Source: Candidatus Aminicenantes bacterium
Lineage (GTDB): Bacteria > Acidobacteriota > Aminicenantia > S016-38
Direction: 5' to 3'
DNA length: 64,000 bases
NCBI GenBank assembly: GCA_027068075.1
Contig: JAMOUJ010000006.1
Coordinates: 462,359 to 526,358 of the forward strand
Both the position numbers and the translations under genes were made by a program. The notes beneath the pieces were generated by a model. That model was not told the origin of the DNA. It made no database searches and saw only the letters and a program-made list of their open reading frames with translations. Below, piece by piece: positions 63,502 to 64,000 of the stretch. Each line of letters begins with the position of its first letter. Position 1 is the stretch's first letter.

Positions 63502-64000
63502 TCAGAAATAACTTGTGAAGCCCTCGGAATGGAGGCGTTTGAGCATGGAGAGAGCCTTTTCGGCTGTTATCGGGTATTTGAGGGGATATTCTTTTATCTC
63601 CTTTTCCTTTTCCTTTTCTTTTTCTTCTACTTCTTCCACAGATTCTTCATTTGCCTTTTCTGCCTGTCTTTTTTCACTTTCCAAGTTTTTCTTAGTGGTA
63701 AGTTTTCCGTTTGCTATGATGAAATCTTGAAAGTTATCTTTTAGTTCTTTGATTACCTCAGTTTTTTTATTTTCTTCCTTTAAAGACCACGCCAAGACTT
63801 CTAAAAGCGGTTCTTCAAGCTTAGCGGGGGTTCCGAAAAATTTGGGAAGGACCTTTGCTTTTATGGCTATGTCAAAGGCAACCTTAGCGTCCAGATGGGC
63901 TATTTCCGATTTTTCCGCTGCCAGAACGAATAGGGATATTTCGTCTATTACTCGGTATCCAAAGTGGAGGTTGTAATTTTTTAACCTATCCTTTAAATCT
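63502..64000 (-). CDS. 3' part of a gene running in from beyond the window; possibly a McrB-like AAA+ C-terminal region with an acidic/Lys-rich tail
   Basis: My own translation shows the minus frame open from 64000 to the stop at 63502: ...EISLFVLAAEKSEIAHLDAKVAFDIAIKAKVLPKFFGTPAKLEEPLLEVLAW... The (I/L)xxKVLPK(F/L)xG segment resembles McrB-family C-termini (from memory only). Confidence 0.35.
   Translation of the reverse strand, partial: DLKDRLKNYNLHFGYRVIDEISLFVLAAEKSEIAHLDAKVAFDIAIKAKVLPKFFGTPAKLEEPLLEVLAWSLKEENKKTEVIKELKDNFQDFIIANGKLTTKKNLESEKRQAEKANEESVEEVEEKEKEKEKEIKEYPLKYPITAEKALSMLKRLHSEGFTSYF

Noticed and set aside
63590-63650. CRISPR-like or microsatellite appearance of the CTTTTCC/TTCTTC runs
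   Set aside because: It is coding low-complexity sequence (EKEKEKEKE on the minus strand) inside the ORF ending at 63502, with no spacer-repeat periodicity. No CRISPR array was seen anywhere in the window.

Overview
The window holds about 55 tightly packed protein-coding genes from a bacterium with thermophile-like proteins (rich in K/E/R) and strong GGAGG-type ribosome-binding sites. I saw no rRNA, tRNA, CRISPR array, transposase or integrase by eye. Most of the window is ordinary chromosome: signalling proteins (a histidine kinase, a REC-PAS-HD-GYP regulator, a histidine kinase plus sigma-54 regulator pair, and an orphan sigma-54 activator); peptidases (M3 Dcp, M28, an M2/M3-like enzyme, a class-C beta-lactamase-like hydrolase); glycosidases (GH3 with PA14, GH29 fucosidase, a GH36-like enzyme); dut; an Asp/Glu racemase; AddAB; AlaX; a TetR-MMPL-LolA-like-outer-membrane-protein operon; and many secreted or outer-membrane hypotheticals, including three paralogous 6-bladed beta-propeller proteins.

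The most interesting part is a visibly A+T-richer island at about 36.0-50.1 kb. It is built around a type I restriction-modification (R-M) operon (hsdM ... hsdS-hsdR-ygjP). Three non-R-M genes interrupt this operon between hsdM and hsdS: an AlbA_2/Schlafen-like protein, a TPR-HEPN protein with an Rx4H motif, and a PD-(D/E)XK-like protein. Downstream come a tail-anchored hypothetical, a CsgG-like/PEGA protein, an N-terminally anchored hypothetical, and a nucleotidyltransferase-fold gene precisely bracketed by two copies of a 42-bp palindromic repeat. The HEPN plus PD-(D/E)XK pair embedded in the R-M operon is my best candidate for an undescribed, R-M-linked defence module.

Second, three near-consensus sigma-54 promoters can be read directly from the sequence. 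Two are divergent and flank a TTCGCA-N6-TGCGAA palindrome. They appear to drive a ferritin-like DUF2202 gene on one side and, on the other, an operon starting with a His-rich secreted protein and encoding its own histidine kinase and sigma-54 activator. This layout is analogous to ZraPSR. The third lies downstream of the orphan activator and precedes a secreted Cys-rich protein.

All functional calls rest on motif recognition by eye. No database search was run.
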